From Candidatus Velthaea sp. (lineage in GTDB: Bacteria; Vulcanimicrobiota; Vulcanimicrobiia; Vulcanimicrobiales; Vulcanimicrobiaceae), in the NCBI GenBank assembly GCA_965214935.1, contig CBDCCS010000022.1, forward strand, positions 352,001-416,000: 64,000 nt of DNA, in the 5' to 3' direction. Position numbers and translations under genes: made by a program. Positions 9,751-21,545 of the stretch are shown here, piece by piece (within the stretch, counting starts at the first letter, position 1; each line of letters opens with the position of its first letter). A model generated the notes under the pieces. That model ran no database searches, was not told where the DNA came from, and saw only the letters and a list, made by a program, of their open reading frames with translations.

Positions 9751-11768
9751 CGGCCGCTTCCAATCACCGCATAATACACGACGAAGCACGCGACACCGAA
9801 CATGATATACAGTGCGTAACCGCGCACGAGACCCGTCTGAAAGCTGCGGAAAAAGTGGCCGAACCAATTCATCGAATGCGCGACTTCGCGCACGCCGCCG
9901 TCAATGACGATCGGATCGACGACGTTGCCGAACAGACGGCCGAGCGCGGCGGCCGGCTTTACGAACAGCGCGTCGATCGCGGCGTCGAAATAGTACGCGT
10001 TGCCGAGCACCGGCGGCATCTTCACCGTCTCCGTGCGCAAGCGTGCGACACTGCCGCTCAGCGCCGCGGCCGTTCCATAGCGCACGTACGCCAAAGCAAT
10101 ACCGGCGGCAACGAAAACTAGCACGATCGCGCCGGACAGCAATTCGGGGATCGGTGCGGACAGCTCCGCGCCGATTTGCGCCGCTGGAAAGAGCGGCGCG
10201 AAGAACGTGCGCCACGGACTATGCTCGCCGCCGATTGCCAGCCAGCCGATACCGATTGAAAACGGAATGAGCACCGCGACCGGCGCGCTCATGATCCACG
10301 CCGGCGCATGCGCACCATGCTCTTTTCCATGCTCGTGTTCTTCGTGTTCGAGCGCAACGGGTGAACTCTGCGGAATGCCTGCCATTTCGGGATGGCGGAT
10401 GCCGAGTTCCGACGGATCGATGTTTCCGCGATATTGCCCGAAGAACGTTACAAAGAGCAAGCGGAACATATAGTATGCGGTTACACCGGCGGTAATGACG
10501 CCGATTGCGTACAACCATGGATGTCCGTGCCGCAGCGTTTCGTAGAGCACCGCATCTTTACTGAAATAGCCGCTGAAGCCGGGGATGCCGCAGATTGAGA
10601 GCACGCCGACGAGCATCGCGATAAATGCAAACGGCATTTGTTTGCGCAAGCCGCCCATGCGCCGGACGTCTTGCTCGTTGGCCAAATTGTGGATGATGAT
10701 GCCGGCGCCCAAGAAGAGTTCGGCTTTAAAAAATGCGTGGGTGAGGAAGTGCAACACGCCGGCATCGAACGCGCCGACGCCGACGCCCATGATCATGTAA
10801 CCGATTTGCGACATCGTCGAATAGGCCAGTATTCGTTTGATATCCCATTGAGCGATGCCCAGCACGGCGCCGGCGATCGCCGTGAGCGCTCCGATCGCAC
10901 CGACAAGCTCACGCGCCTCGGCCGACGCCGTCCACAACGGTGCGCAGCGAGCGATCAAATAGACTCCGGCCGTTACCATGGTCGCGGCGTGAATGAGTGC
11001 CGAAACCGGTGTCGGACCTTCCATAGCATCCGGCAGCCACGTGTGGAGCGGAACCTGCGCCGACTTTGCCGCGCAACCGACAAAGAGCGCAAAGCACACG
11101 AGAAACAACTCTTGACTGCTGAACGCATGTGTCAAATTACCGAACACGTCGCCGTACGAAATCGAGCCGACATGCGTGATGATGATCAGAACGGCAAAAA
11201 GAATGCCGACATCTCCCAAAACGTTGATGACGAACGCTTTGCGCGCGGCTGCAACCGCCGATGGCCGGTCGAACCAGAATCCGATTAGAAAGTACGACGC
11301 CAAGCCGACAAGGCCCCAGCCGACGAGTAAGCCGACGAAGTTGTCCGACAACACCAGCGTCAGCATGGCGAAAACGAAGAAGTTGAGATACGAAAAAAAC
11401 CGCGTGTACGCGCGGTCGCCGGCCATGTAACCGATCGAATAGACATGGATGAGAAAGCCGACGCCCGTGATGATCAGCGTCCACGTCAATGACAGCCGGT
11501 CGTACAGCAGTCCGAACGAAAAGCCGGGTAGCCAGGTAAACATCGCGGCATGTGCGCCGCCGAGCGGCCCGCTCGTCTGCGTCGCATCGTTCCACGACCA
11601 TAGCGCCGCGACAAACGCCGTACCGACGAGCGCTGCGCCGACCGGGCCGCCGAGCGATTTAAGTTGCGGTCCGAACGACCACAAAACGACCGCTCCGACG
11701 AGCGGCAGCAGCCAGATAAAATAGAGCAGTGGATAGCTGCCGTCGATGCCGAGTGCGTAATGCGTCAT
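9747..11768 (-). CDS. nuoL: NADH-quinone oxidoreductase subunit L
   Basis: KSAQVPLHTWLPDAMEGPTPVSALIHAATMV, DIKRILAYSTMSQIGYM, THAFFKA. ATG 11768 overlaps the nuoK stop. Confidence 0.97.
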   Translation of the reverse strand: MTHYALGIDGSYPLLYFIWLLPLVGAVVLWSFGPQLKSLGGPVGAALVGTAFVAALWSWNDATQTSGPLGGAHAAMFTWLPGFSFGLLYDRLSLTWTLIITGVGFLIHVYSIGYMAGDRAYTRFFSYLNFFVFAMLTLVLSDNFVGLLVGWGLVGLASYFLIGFWFDRPSAVAAARKAFVINVLGDVGILFAVLIIITHVGSISYGDVFGNLTHAFSSQELFLVCFALFVGCAAKSAQVPLHTWLPDAMEGPTPVSALIHAATMVTAGVYLIARCAPLWTASAEARELVGAIGALTAIAGAVLGIAQWDIKRILAYSTMSQIGYMIMGVGVGAFDAGVLHFLTHAFFKAELFLGAGIIIHNLANEQDVRRMGGLRKQMPFAFIAMLVGVLSICGIPGFSGYFSKDAVLYETLRHGHPWLYAIGVITAGVTAYYMFRLLFVTFFGQYRGNIDPSELGIRHPEMAGIPQSSPVALEHEEHEHGKEHGAHAPAWIMSAPVAVLIPFSIGIGWLAIGGEHSPWRTFFAPLFPAAQIGAELSAPIPELLSGAIVLVFVAAGIALAYVRYGTAAALSGSVARLRTETVKMPPVLGNAYYFDAAIDALFVKPAAALGRLFGNVVDPIVIDGGVREVAHSMNWFGHFFRSFQTGLVRGYALYIMFGVACFVVYYAVIGSGR

Positions 11769-12085
11769 CCGTGCAACGCCGCAATCTCGTCGACGTCGAC
11801 ATTGACCGAACGGCGGAATACGATTACCACGATCGCCAAGCCGATCGCCGCTTCGGCCGCTGCAACCGTGATAACCAGAAACGCAAAAATGTGGCCGGCG
11901 GCGTTGACCCAAGCCTTCGCAAAGGTGATCAGCGCGAGGTTTGCGGCGTTGAACATCAATTCGATGGACATGAGCATAATAAGCGGATTACGGCGCACGA
12001 TTACGCCGATAACGCCGAGGAAGAACATTACGGCCGAGAGGCCGATGTAGTTTTCGATCGGCACGGCGAACACACTGGGACTCAT
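11765..12085 (-). CDS. nuoK: NADH-quinone oxidoreductase subunit K
   Basis: RRNPLIMLMSIELMFNAANL and VAAAEAAIGLAI. Confidence 0.97.
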   Translation of the reverse strand: MSPSVFAVPIENYIGLSAVMFFLGVIGVIVRRNPLIMLMSIELMFNAANLALITFAKAWVNAAGHIFAFLVITVAAAEAAIGLAIVVIVFRRSVNVDVDEIAALHG

Positions 12086-12690
12086 CGCGTAAGCGGCTCC
12101 TGCGGCTTGACGATCGACTCGCGCTGACGCTTGCGCTGTCGCGAGGTGGTACGCGATGGTTCATCGTCACCGGCCAGCAGCACGACGCCGATCACGGCGA
12201 CCATCAGCAGTAAGGCCGTTACCTCGAAGGGCAGCAAGTTTTGCGTGAAGAGCACTTGGCCGAAGTTTGCCACGCTGCCGAAGACGTCGGCTTGTCCGGT
12301 CTCGCCGAGTGCACCGGTGGAGCCGGCCGCAATCGCCGGCACGGCCGGCAACGGGGCGCGCGCGACCGAGAACACGATCGTCGCCAGCGCAATGACACCG
12401 ATGATGGCGGCCGGAACGACGATCTTCGGCAGCCGGTCGGGACCGACGTCGAACGGCTTGACGCCGCTGGATAATAACGCAATAACAAATAGGAAAAGAA
12501 TCAAAATCGCGCCGCTGTAGACGACAATCTGAATGACGGCGATAAACTCGGCTTGCAGCGTGAGATACAGGATCGCAAGCGTAATAAAGTTGCCGAGCAA
12601 GCCGACGACGCTGTAAACCGGCTTTTCCGCGGTGATGACAAAGACGCCGGTTCCGATCAGAGCCAGCGCCAATAACCAGAAAGCGATCAA
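12082..12690 (-). CDS. nuoJ: NADH-quinone oxidoreductase subunit J
   Basis: AEFIAVIQIVVYSGAILILFLFVI and LLPFEVTALLL. TTG start overlaps the nuoI stop. Confidence 0.95.
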   Translation of the reverse strand: MIAFWLLALALIGTGVFVITAEKPVYSVVGLLGNFITLAILYLTLQAEFIAVIQIVVYSGAILILFLFVIALLSSGVKPFDVGPDRLPKIVVPAAIIGVIALATIVFSVARAPLPAVPAIAAGSTGALGETGQADVFGSVANFGQVLFTQNLLPFEVTALLLMVAVIGVVLLAGDDEPSRTTSRQRKRQRESIVKPQEPLTR

Positions 12691-13289
12691 CCGGCAAGCC
12701 CCCGGCGGTGGTCCTTGAGATATTTCCCGCGTGCCGTTGCATCGTAGCCGGTGGCTATGTCGACCGTCGACTTCGTTTGCGCGACGACGCCGAGATCCGA
12801 GGGTATCCCGTTGGGCCGCTCGTCGGGAGCCTGCCCGATGCCTTGGTCGGGCGCAACCAACAGCCGGTCCTTGGCGTAGACGAACGCTCCGCGCCGGTAG
12901 TCGGCCATCTCGAAACGCGGCGTCAACACGATTGCGTCGGTCGGACACGCTTCTTCACACAAACCGCAAAAGATGCAACGCAATTCATCGATTTCATAGC
13001 GCGCGGCGTAGCGTTCGCCGGGTGAACGGCGATCTTCGGGACTGTTCTCGGCGCCGATCACCGTAATGGCATTCGCCGGGCAAGCGATCGCGCACAGCTC
13101 GCACCCGATGCAGCGCTCTTTGCCGTCGGCGTAGCGCCGCAATTCGTGCAGGCCGTGAAAGCGCGGTGCATGTTGCTTGGTAACCGACGGATATTCAATG
13201 GTCGGCTTCTTATAAAAAAAATACGAAAACGTGGTGCGGAAGCCGGTAAAGAGCGCACCGACATTAAAGAGATTTTTGCGCATGGTCAT
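12687..13289 (-). CDS. nuoI: NADH-quinone oxidoreductase subunit I
   Basis: Two 4Fe-4S motifs CIGCELCAIACP and CIFCGLCEEACP. ATG overlaps the nuoH stop. Confidence 0.97.
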   Translation of the reverse strand: MTMRKNLFNVGALFTGFRTTFSYFFYKKPTIEYPSVTKQHAPRFHGLHELRRYADGKERCIGCELCAIACPANAITVIGAENSPEDRRSPGERYAARYEIDELRCIFCGLCEEACPTDAIVLTPRFEMADYRRGAFVYAKDRLLVAPDQGIGQAPDERPNGIPSDLGVVAQTKSTVDIATGYDATARGKYLKDHRRGLAG

Positions 13290-14302
13290 CCGTTCGTAGG
13301 CCAAAATGCGACGACGACGGCCGTCAGCACGAGATTGAGCGTAGCTGCTGGCAACAGTATCTTCCAGCCGAAGTCCATTAAACGATCGTAACGGAACCGC
13401 GGCAGCGTCGTCCGCAGCCAAATGTAAAAGAATAAAAACGCCCCGGCTTTGAGCAAGAACCAAATTAAGCCGGGAATAAACGCTAAACCGAATAGTGCGT
13501 TCCATCCGCCCAGAAACAGCAGCGTGGCAAGGCACGAAACCGTAATCATATTCAAGTACTCGGCAATGAAAAATAAGCCGAAGCGCAGGCCCGAGTATTC
13601 GGTATGAAAGCCACCGACAAGTTCGGTTTCTGCTTCGACCAGATCGAACGGTGCGCGGTTGGTTTCAGCGACTGCGGTGATGATGTAGATGATGAAGCCG
13701 AGCAATTGGGGAATGATAAACCAGATCCGGTATTGCGCGTGCACGATGCCCATAAGCGATGTCGTTCCGGCGAGAATTAACACGCCGATCACCGACATCG
13801 TCATCGACAACTCATAGCTGATCATCTGCGCGGTCGCACGGACGCTACCGAGCAGCGGGAACTTCGAGCCCGATGCCCAGCCCGCCAGCGAGATGCCGTA
13901 AATGCCGATCGATGTCAGCGCGAACACGAATAAAATGCCGGCGTTCACGTCGCCGATCGAGCCGAAGAACCCGCCGCCGGTCGGTTCGGCGAAGGGGATG
14001 ACGGCAAAAACGCCCATCGCGGTGATGAGCGAAATAAAGGGTGCAAGTTTATAGATCAGCGGATCGGCGGTTCGCGGTGTAAGATCTTCTTTGAACATCA
14101 TTTTGACGGCGTCGGCTGCGGGTTGAAGCATGCCCCACGGCCCGACGCGATTCGGTCCGGGGCGCAATTGCATCCAGCCCATGATTTTGCGCTCGAATAG
14201 CATCGAATAGGCAAACGTTGTAATAACGATGCCCAGCACGATGCCGGACTTGATCAAAACAATCAGCCAAAATGGGACGGCCGACGTCAGCGCGGCATCC
14301 AT
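13286..14302 (-). CDS. nuoH: NADH-quinone oxidoreductase subunit H
   Basis: ERKIMGWMQLRPGPNRVGP, AQMISYE, ETNRAPFDLVEAETELVGGFHTEYSG. Confidence 0.97.
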   Translation of the reverse strand: MDAALTSAVPFWLIVLIKSGIVLGIVITTFAYSMLFERKIMGWMQLRPGPNRVGPWGMLQPAADAVKMMFKEDLTPRTADPLIYKLAPFISLITAMGVFAVIPFAEPTGGGFFGSIGDVNAGILFVFALTSIGIYGISLAGWASGSKFPLLGSVRATAQMISYELSMTMSVIGVLILAGTTSLMGIVHAQYRIWFIIPQLLGFIIYIITAVAETNRAPFDLVEAETELVGGFHTEYSGLRFGLFFIAEYLNMITVSCLATLLFLGGWNALFGLAFIPGLIWFLLKAGAFLFFYIWLRTTLPRFRYDRLMDFGWKILLPAATLNLVLTAVVVAFWPTNG

Positions 14303-14305
14303 CTT

Positions 14306-16576
14306 TTACACTCCCACCACGGCACTGCTTCGCGATGCACTCACGCGCACGGCGCCCCCCGCGCCGAACGCATTCGCCGGAGCCGCAGGCAACCCGTCAA
14401 CGATTGCGACAGCATCCGCCGGAACACGGTCGCTCACAACGAGAATCAGTCCGGACAGCACCGCGTCGCCGCCGGTCGAACCGGCGGTAACGTCGACTGC
14501 CTCACCGTCGCGCAGTTTGAGCCGCGCCGCCGTTTGCGGATGCAACGTCGCGCGCGGTACGGTCCGCAGTTGCACGATGCGCGCGTCGAACGCCAGGGTA
14601 CCGCCCCCGCTGAAAATCGCTGAGTCGACAATCAGACGCAGTTCGCCGTCGCCCGGCGCCGCAATGGACGTGCGGGCCAACGTCCGGCCGTTAGCCGGCA
14701 GTTCGCGTAAGCCGGCTGCCACCGCATGTTCGACCGCGAGCGGATCGGGCAAGGCAACACCAATTGCATCTGCGAGCAGGACGAGCATGTCGCCATCGGC
14801 TTGAGCTTCACCCGGCGCAACGACCGAGCCGAACACCGGCAGCAAATCGCCGGCCAAATCGGTCGTCGTTCCGCTCTTTTCGAACGCGGCGCACGCCGGC
14901 AAGATGAGATTTGCCAGTTCGGCGGTCTCCGTCATGAATAATTCGCTCACCACGACGAACGGCGTCGCTGCAAGCGCGGCCCGAACGAGTGCGCGGTCCG
15001 GGTAATGCAGCATCGGATTAGCGCCGAAAATCGCCAGCACGCCGATTTGCCCGGCACGCGACGCTTCGAGCATGCGCTGCGTGTCGAGGCCGCTCCCGCG
15101 CGGCAACATTCCCATCGCTTCGGCACCACGTGCATTCGGCTGCTCGCCGCTTATGAACAGACTGACGTCTTTGCCGCCGTCGCGCAAGGTTGCAGCTAAA
15201 TCCAGGAACGCTGCGGCTTCATCGATTTGCGTTCCATCCCAAACAAATGCGACGCGTTGCGTGTCACCGGCGATTTGCGCCGCCGCGTCGGCAACCGTTG
15301 CGACGTGGCGGACGGCAAGCGACGAACTCGCGCGATGATCGCCGATCGAGATCAAGCGTGCTCCGAGTCGCGAAACGGCTTTGCGAATACGCAGATCGAG
15401 CACCGGTGCAAGTGCCGCCGGCGGACGTCCGTAGGTGACGATCGTTTCGGCAATTTCGAGATCGAGATGCGTTCCGCCGAAAGGAGCCGGATGCGCTTGC
15501 AGTTGGCGGCCTGCGCGCCAGTCCAGGTTCTCGACGCCGAGCGCGCGATGCACGTATTGCAGCAAAAACGCTTCTTCATTGAGCAATCGGCCGCCGCCGA
15601 TGGCGCCGGCCGATTGCGGGCCGTGTGTCGCCAGCGTCTCTTTGAGCGCAGCGGCCCATAGGCCGATGGCGTCGTCCCATGCGATCTGCGACCAGCTGCC
15701 GTTTTGTTTGTACAGCGGCTGGGTGATCCGGCGCTCGTCGGCAACGTAGCCGACGTTGTAACGCCCGCGATCGCACAGCCAGCCGTCACTAATCTGATCG
15801 TCTTCTTCAACGCTCATCGTACGCAACAACGTGTTGCCGCGCTCGTCGACGTGCATTTGACAGCCGACGCTGCACTGCGTACAGGTCGTATCGGTGCGAT
15901 GGTTGTCCCACGGACGCGACTTGAACCGGTACGTTTTCGACGTCAATGCGCCAACCGGGCACAACTCGGTAACGTTGCCGGAGAAGTCGGAGACATACGG
16001 CGCGCCGGTGGCCGTCGCGATGATGGCATGCGCGCCGCGGTCGTCCGTGCGCAGCGACTGCTCTTGGGTGATGATGTCGTCGAAGCGCACGCAACGCAGG
16101 CATAAGATGCAACGCTCCTCATCGAGCACGATCGTCGGCCCGAGATCGACAGCCTTAGGTTTTGCGTCTTTTGCGTCGACGGAACGCGATGCGCCCTGGC
16201 CGTATGCCATGGAGTAATCTTGCAAATCGCACTCGCCGCCCTTATCGCAAATCGGGCAATCCAGCGGGTGATTGAGTAAAAAGAATTCGAGAATTGCGCG
16301 CCGGCCTTCGTTCGCCTTAGCGTTTTGCGTATGCACTTTCATGCCGTCGCTCACGGGCGTGTTGCACGCGATCTGCAGCTTGGGCATTCCCTCGATATCG
16401 ACCAAACAGACGCGGCAAAGTCCGGCCGGTCCAAGTTTCGTATGGTAACAATAAACGGGAATGTTGTTTTTGATCTGCTTCGCAGCTTCGACGAGCAGCG
16501 TGCCTTTGGGCACGCGCACGTCGACGCCGTCAATCGTGACGGTAACAAGGTCGGTTTGCGGAAGGGTAGTGCTCAT
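14306..16576 (-). CDS. nuoG: NADH-quinone oxidoreductase subunit G
   Basis: CRVC, NHPLDCPICDKGGECDLQD, RCILCLRC, ELCPVGAL and N7-type CTQCSVGC...CDRGR; molybdopterin-fold C-terminal part. Confidence 0.96.
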   Translation of the reverse strand: MSTTLPQTDLVTVTIDGVDVRVPKGTLLVEAAKQIKNNIPVYCYHTKLGPAGLCRVCLVDIEGMPKLQIACNTPVSDGMKVHTQNAKANEGRRAILEFFLLNHPLDCPICDKGGECDLQDYSMAYGQGASRSVDAKDAKPKAVDLGPTIVLDEERCILCLRCVRFDDIITQEQSLRTDDRGAHAIIATATGAPYVSDFSGNVTELCPVGALTSKTYRFKSRPWDNHRTDTTCTQCSVGCQMHVDERGNTLLRTMSVEEDDQISDGWLCDRGRYNVGYVADERRITQPLYKQNGSWSQIAWDDAIGLWAAALKETLATHGPQSAGAIGGGRLLNEEAFLLQYVHRALGVENLDWRAGRQLQAHPAPFGGTHLDLEIAETIVTYGRPPAALAPVLDLRIRKAVSRLGARLISIGDHRASSSLAVRHVATVADAAAQIAGDTQRVAFVWDGTQIDEAAAFLDLAATLRDGGKDVSLFISGEQPNARGAEAMGMLPRGSGLDTQRMLEASRAGQIGVLAIFGANPMLHYPDRALVRAALAATPFVVVSELFMTETAELANLILPACAAFEKSGTTTDLAGDLLPVFGSVVAPGEAQADGDMLVLLADAIGVALPDPLAVEHAVAAGLRELPANGRTLARTSIAAPGDGELRLIVDSAIFSGGGTLAFDARIVQLRTVPRATLHPQTAARLKLRDGEAVDVTAGSTGGDAVLSGLILVVSDRVPADAVAIVDGLPAAPANAFGAGGAVRVSASRSSAVVGV

Positions 16577-16655
16577 GCTGCTTTCGAGTGACGGTTGGGT
16601 AACGATGACGGATCGAACACGATCGCAATGCGAAAATGAACCGAGGATGCTCGGT

Positions 16656-17936
16656 TTACACCGCCAGCGGTAAGCCGCGCGGCTCTTTAACGTACGCGCG
16701 GAACTGGTCCTCGTAACGCTTGACGACCGATGCCAGAAACGGTTCGAGCGAATCACCCAGCGCGCATAGGTTCAATCCGGTAAGTTGATGCGATGCCGCA
16801 ACGAGCATGTCGACGTCGCTTTGCAAGCCGTGGCCTTCGAGAATACGCACGAGCGTCTTTTCAAGCCACTGACCGCCTTCGCGACACGGCGTACATTGAC
16901 CGCATGACTCATGCGCGTAGAAACGAATGAGCGTGTGCGATGCCTTGACGAAGTCGGTCGTATCGTCGAAGACGACCATTGCTCCCGACCCCAGCATCGA
17001 TCCGGCTTTCGAGATCGCGTCGAAATCGTACGGCAAATCAAGATGTTCTTCAAACAGACAGGCCGACGAACCGCCGCCGGGTTGAACGCCGGAAAACGTC
17101 CGGCCGTCGCGCAGACCGCCGGCACAGTCCCAGATGAGTTGCCGAATCGTCGTGCCCAGGGCGACTTCATAATTGCCCGGTGCCTTCACGTGGCCGCTGA
17201 TCGAGACGATCTTGAAACCGGGCGAACGCTCCGGACCGACGCTTGCGAACCATTCCGGGCCGTTGCGCATGATATGCGGCAAGTACGCCAACGTCTCGAC
17301 GTTATTGACGACGGTCGGTTCGCCGTACAAGCCCTTGATCGCCGGGAACGGCGGTTTGAGGCGCGGCTCACCCCGACGGCCCTCAAGCGAGTTGAGCAGA
17401 CCTGTTTCTTCGCCGCAAATATACGCGCCGGCGCCGCGATGAATCGTCAGCTCGAGATCGTAGCCGGAGCCGAGCACGTTTTTGCCGACGTAACCGGCGT
17501 TCCGCGCGGCCTCGAGCGCCGCTTTAAAAATAAGATAACCCTGCTTGAATTCACCGCGAATATAGATAAACGCATGATGCGAACCGATCGCATACGAACC
17601 GATAAGAATACCTTCGATAATTTGATGCGGCGTCTGCTCGAGCAGCATGTGGTCTTTGAACGTGCCCGGTTCGGCCTCATCGCAATTGCAGACCATGTAG
17701 CGCGGCCGGCCGTTGTTCGGCAAAAACGACCACTTCCGTCCGGTCGGAAAACCGGCACCGCCGCGCCCGCGCAGATTCGAGCCCATGCAAATATCGGAAA
17801 CGTCTTTAGGCGTCAGTTCTTTAAAGGCGCGTTCGAGTTGAGCGTAGCCGCCCTGGGCGCGATAAACGTCGATATCGCGTAAATCGAGTTCGCCGATCCC
17901 TTTCGTCAATACGGGCGTAACGAGCGTGCTAGTCAT
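16656..17936 (-). CDS. nuoF: NADH-quinone oxidoreductase subunit F
   Basis: LRGRGGAGFPTG, DEAEPGTFKD, GAGAYICGEET, ESCGQCTPCREG. Confidence 0.97.
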   Translation of the reverse strand: MTSTLVTPVLTKGIGELDLRDIDVYRAQGGYAQLERAFKELTPKDVSDICMGSNLRGRGGAGFPTGRKWSFLPNNGRPRYMVCNCDEAEPGTFKDHMLLEQTPHQIIEGILIGSYAIGSHHAFIYIRGEFKQGYLIFKAALEAARNAGYVGKNVLGSGYDLELTIHRGAGAYICGEETGLLNSLEGRRGEPRLKPPFPAIKGLYGEPTVVNNVETLAYLPHIMRNGPEWFASVGPERSPGFKIVSISGHVKAPGNYEVALGTTIRQLIWDCAGGLRDGRTFSGVQPGGGSSACLFEEHLDLPYDFDAISKAGSMLGSGAMVVFDDTTDFVKASHTLIRFYAHESCGQCTPCREGGQWLEKTLVRILEGHGLQSDVDMLVAASHQLTGLNLCALGDSLEPFLASVVKRYEDQFRAYVKEPRGLPLAV

Positions 17937-18728
17937 GCTGCTGTCCTTCAATTGCCTGCAAATTCTTTTCGTGCAGAACGCGTTCGTTCGAGCGTTGCGC
18001 AAACGCCGAGTTCGCCATCAGCCGGTCGAGCATGATGATGCCGCTTGCATCGCCGAGTCCGCCCGCATTGTTGGGATCGCTAACACCGCGGCCGCCCGGC
18101 GATTTGCGACCTGTATCCTGCGCAATTTTCCATGTCCGTTCCGGTTTAGCCGTCTGCGCGAGTGGTGCAACCGGATACGTGCCGGCGCGAATGGCGGCCA
18201 GCATCGCGTCGATATCACGCTCGGTTAAGTCGTAGACGAACTCGAGATTGATCTGCATGCACGGTGCACGGTCGCAGGCCGCAAGACATTCGGCCTCTTC
18301 GTAAGAGAATAACCCGTCGGCCGTCGTTTCAAGATGTCCGATGCCGAGTTGCTGCCGGAAATACGCCATGATCTCTTCGGCACCGTTGATCGCGCACGAT
18401 AAATTACGGCACACTTGTATCATATATTTGCCGACCGGCTTGCGAAAGAACAGCGTGTAAAACGATACCGTCGATTCGACGACCGCCGGCGTGAGACGCA
18501 GCAGATAGGCGATCGCCACAATCGCATTCTGCGATACGTAGCCCTCATGCTCTTGAAACAAGTGCGCCATCGGAATGAGCGCACTGCGCGAATCTTCGTA
18601 CAACGCGATGAGCGCTTCACACTCCGGTCGCAAGCGCACGAACAGGTCGTCGAAAGCATTGCCGGAACGGACGACATTGGGATCCCAATCCGCCGGTACT
18701 AGCGTCGTTGCAGTCGAACTGCCGGCCA

Positions 18729-18729
<1 letters not shown>
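17929..18729 (-). CDS. nuoE: NADH-quinone oxidoreductase subunit E with C-terminal extension
   Basis: SFYTLF and CRNLSC...CLAACDRAP 2Fe-2S ligands. Confidence 0.95.
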
Positions 18730-19975
<1,246 letters not shown>

Positions 19976-19979
<4 letters not shown>

Positions 19980-20707
19980 TGCGAACCATCTTTCGGCAAC
20001 TGTCCGCCGCGCGCCGTATTCGGTTCGGCCGCCAGCTCTTTGGTACTCGCGGCCCCCGCCGTTGCGACGGCGCCCGGCGACGTCGCGGCGGGCGCCGGTG
20101 CGCCCGCGAAATCCGGTGCCGCCGGCACCGCTTGGCCGCGCGCGGCCGCAATTTGCCGTTGTAACGCCGCCGCCGTCTTCCCGGAGGCGGGCGTACCGGC
20201 AGCGACGTTGGATTTCAACGCAAATGAGGGACGCGGCGTACGCTCGAGCGCCGGCCCGCGCAACGGGTAATCCTTGCGCAGCGGCGCCCCTGTCCAATCC
20301 TCGGGCATCTGTATCCGCCGCAGATCCGGATGACCGGAAAACGCAATGCCGAACAGATCGAATATCTCACGTTCCGGCCAATCGGCCGACGGCCACAGGT
20401 CGGTTACGCTCGGCACCGGGGGCGACCCGATCGACACGCCGCACAAAACGCGTACCCGCGTTGCGCTCGCACCATTCGACGCGAACTTCAGCAGATGGTA
20501 GACGACGTCGAACCGCGGCTCGCGTTCGAGATAGTCGACACCGCCGATGTCGCTAAGCATCGCATAACCGTCGTTTCGCAGCGCCGTAAGCTCGTCCCGG
20601 ACGCCGGCGGGCGTGGTCCGGATGATACGCGCATCGTCGATATCCGGCCGAATCGCAGTTGGATCCAAGGCCGTCGAGCCGGCCGGCGGTAGTTGAGAAC
20701 TCGGCAT
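19976..20707 (-). CDS. nuoC: NADH-quinone oxidoreductase subunit C with Ala/Pro-rich tail
   Basis: EREIFDLFGIAFSGHPDLRRIQMPEDW..PLRKDYPL. Confidence 0.95.
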
Positions 20708-20710
20708 AAC

Positions 20711-21193
20711 CTACGCTCGGGCGAGGATGCCGCCGCGGCCACCCTGACGGATCTGCTGTTGAATGAGATTCACGGCGTAAAGCAAGCCGTCGGGCGTCGG
20801 CGGACAACCCGGCATATACACATCGACCGGAACGATCGTATCGACGCCTTGCACGACCGCGTAGTTGTCGAACACACCGCCCGAACTTGCACAAGCGCCC
20901 ATGGCGATCACCCACTTCGGATCGGCCATTTGATCGTACAAACGCTTGATGATCGGAGCCATCTTCTGCGCGACGCGGCCCGAAACAATCATCAAATCGG
21001 CCTGGCGCGGCGATGCGCGAAACACTTCGGAGCCGAAGCGAGCTAGATCGTATTCCGGCGCGGTCGCCGTCATCATCTCGATCGCGCAACATGCTAAGCC
21101 CATCGTCAGCGGCCAAACGCTCGACGACTGGGCCCAGCGAGCAACTTCGTCGACTTTCCCCAATAAGAATTGACCGGGTGAATCTATCGCCAC
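20711..21193 (-). CDS. nuoB: NADH-quinone oxidoreductase subunit B
   Basis: [37 protein letters not shown] start at 21193. Confidence 0.97.
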   Translation of the reverse strand: MAIDSPGQFLLGKVDEVARWAQSSSVWPLTMGLACCAIEMMTATAPEYDLARFGSEVFRASPRQADLMIVSGRVAQKMAPIIKRLYDQMADPKWVIAMGACASSGGVFDNYAVVQGVDTIVPVDVYMPGCPPTPDGLLYAVNLIQQQIRQGGRGGILARA

Positions 21194-21537
21194 TGGAATC
21201 CGCCTCTCTTCCACACATAGGCATACCCGACGGCGAGCACGATCACAAAGCCGATCATTTCCAGCAAACCAAACACCCGCAGTGCGTGCATTTGCACGGC
21301 CCAAGGATAGAACGATGCAGCTTCGACATCAAAGACGACGAACAGCATAGCGATAAGGTAGAAACGAACGGGGAATCGGCCGCTCACGTCGGAGGTGGGT
21401 TCGACACCGCATTCGTACGCTTCGCTTTTCACCGCGTTTGGCTTCGCGCGCGCCATCAAGCCCGGCAGCACGGTAAAGAGCACAGCGGCAGCAAGCGCAA
21501 CCGCAAGATAGATTGCAACGGGTCCGTACGGAGTCAT
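21184..21537 (-). CDS. nuoA: NADH-quinone oxidoreductase subunit A
   Basis: [22 protein letters not shown]-terminal WKRGGFQW. Confidence 0.96.
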   Translation of the reverse strand: MTPYGPVAIYLAVALAAAVLFTVLPGLMARAKPNAVKSEAYECGVEPTSDVSGRFPVRFYLIAMLFVVFDVEAASFYPWAVQMHALRVFGLLEMIGFVIVLAVGYAYVWKRGGFQWR

Positions 21538-21545
21538 ATCAGTCA

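Noticed and set aside
16911..17882. Long antisense ORFs opposite nuoF and other core genes (also 30931-31923, 36341-37285, 40329-41492)
   Set aside because: Typical stop-poor antisense frames of high-GC coding sequence, with no motifs.
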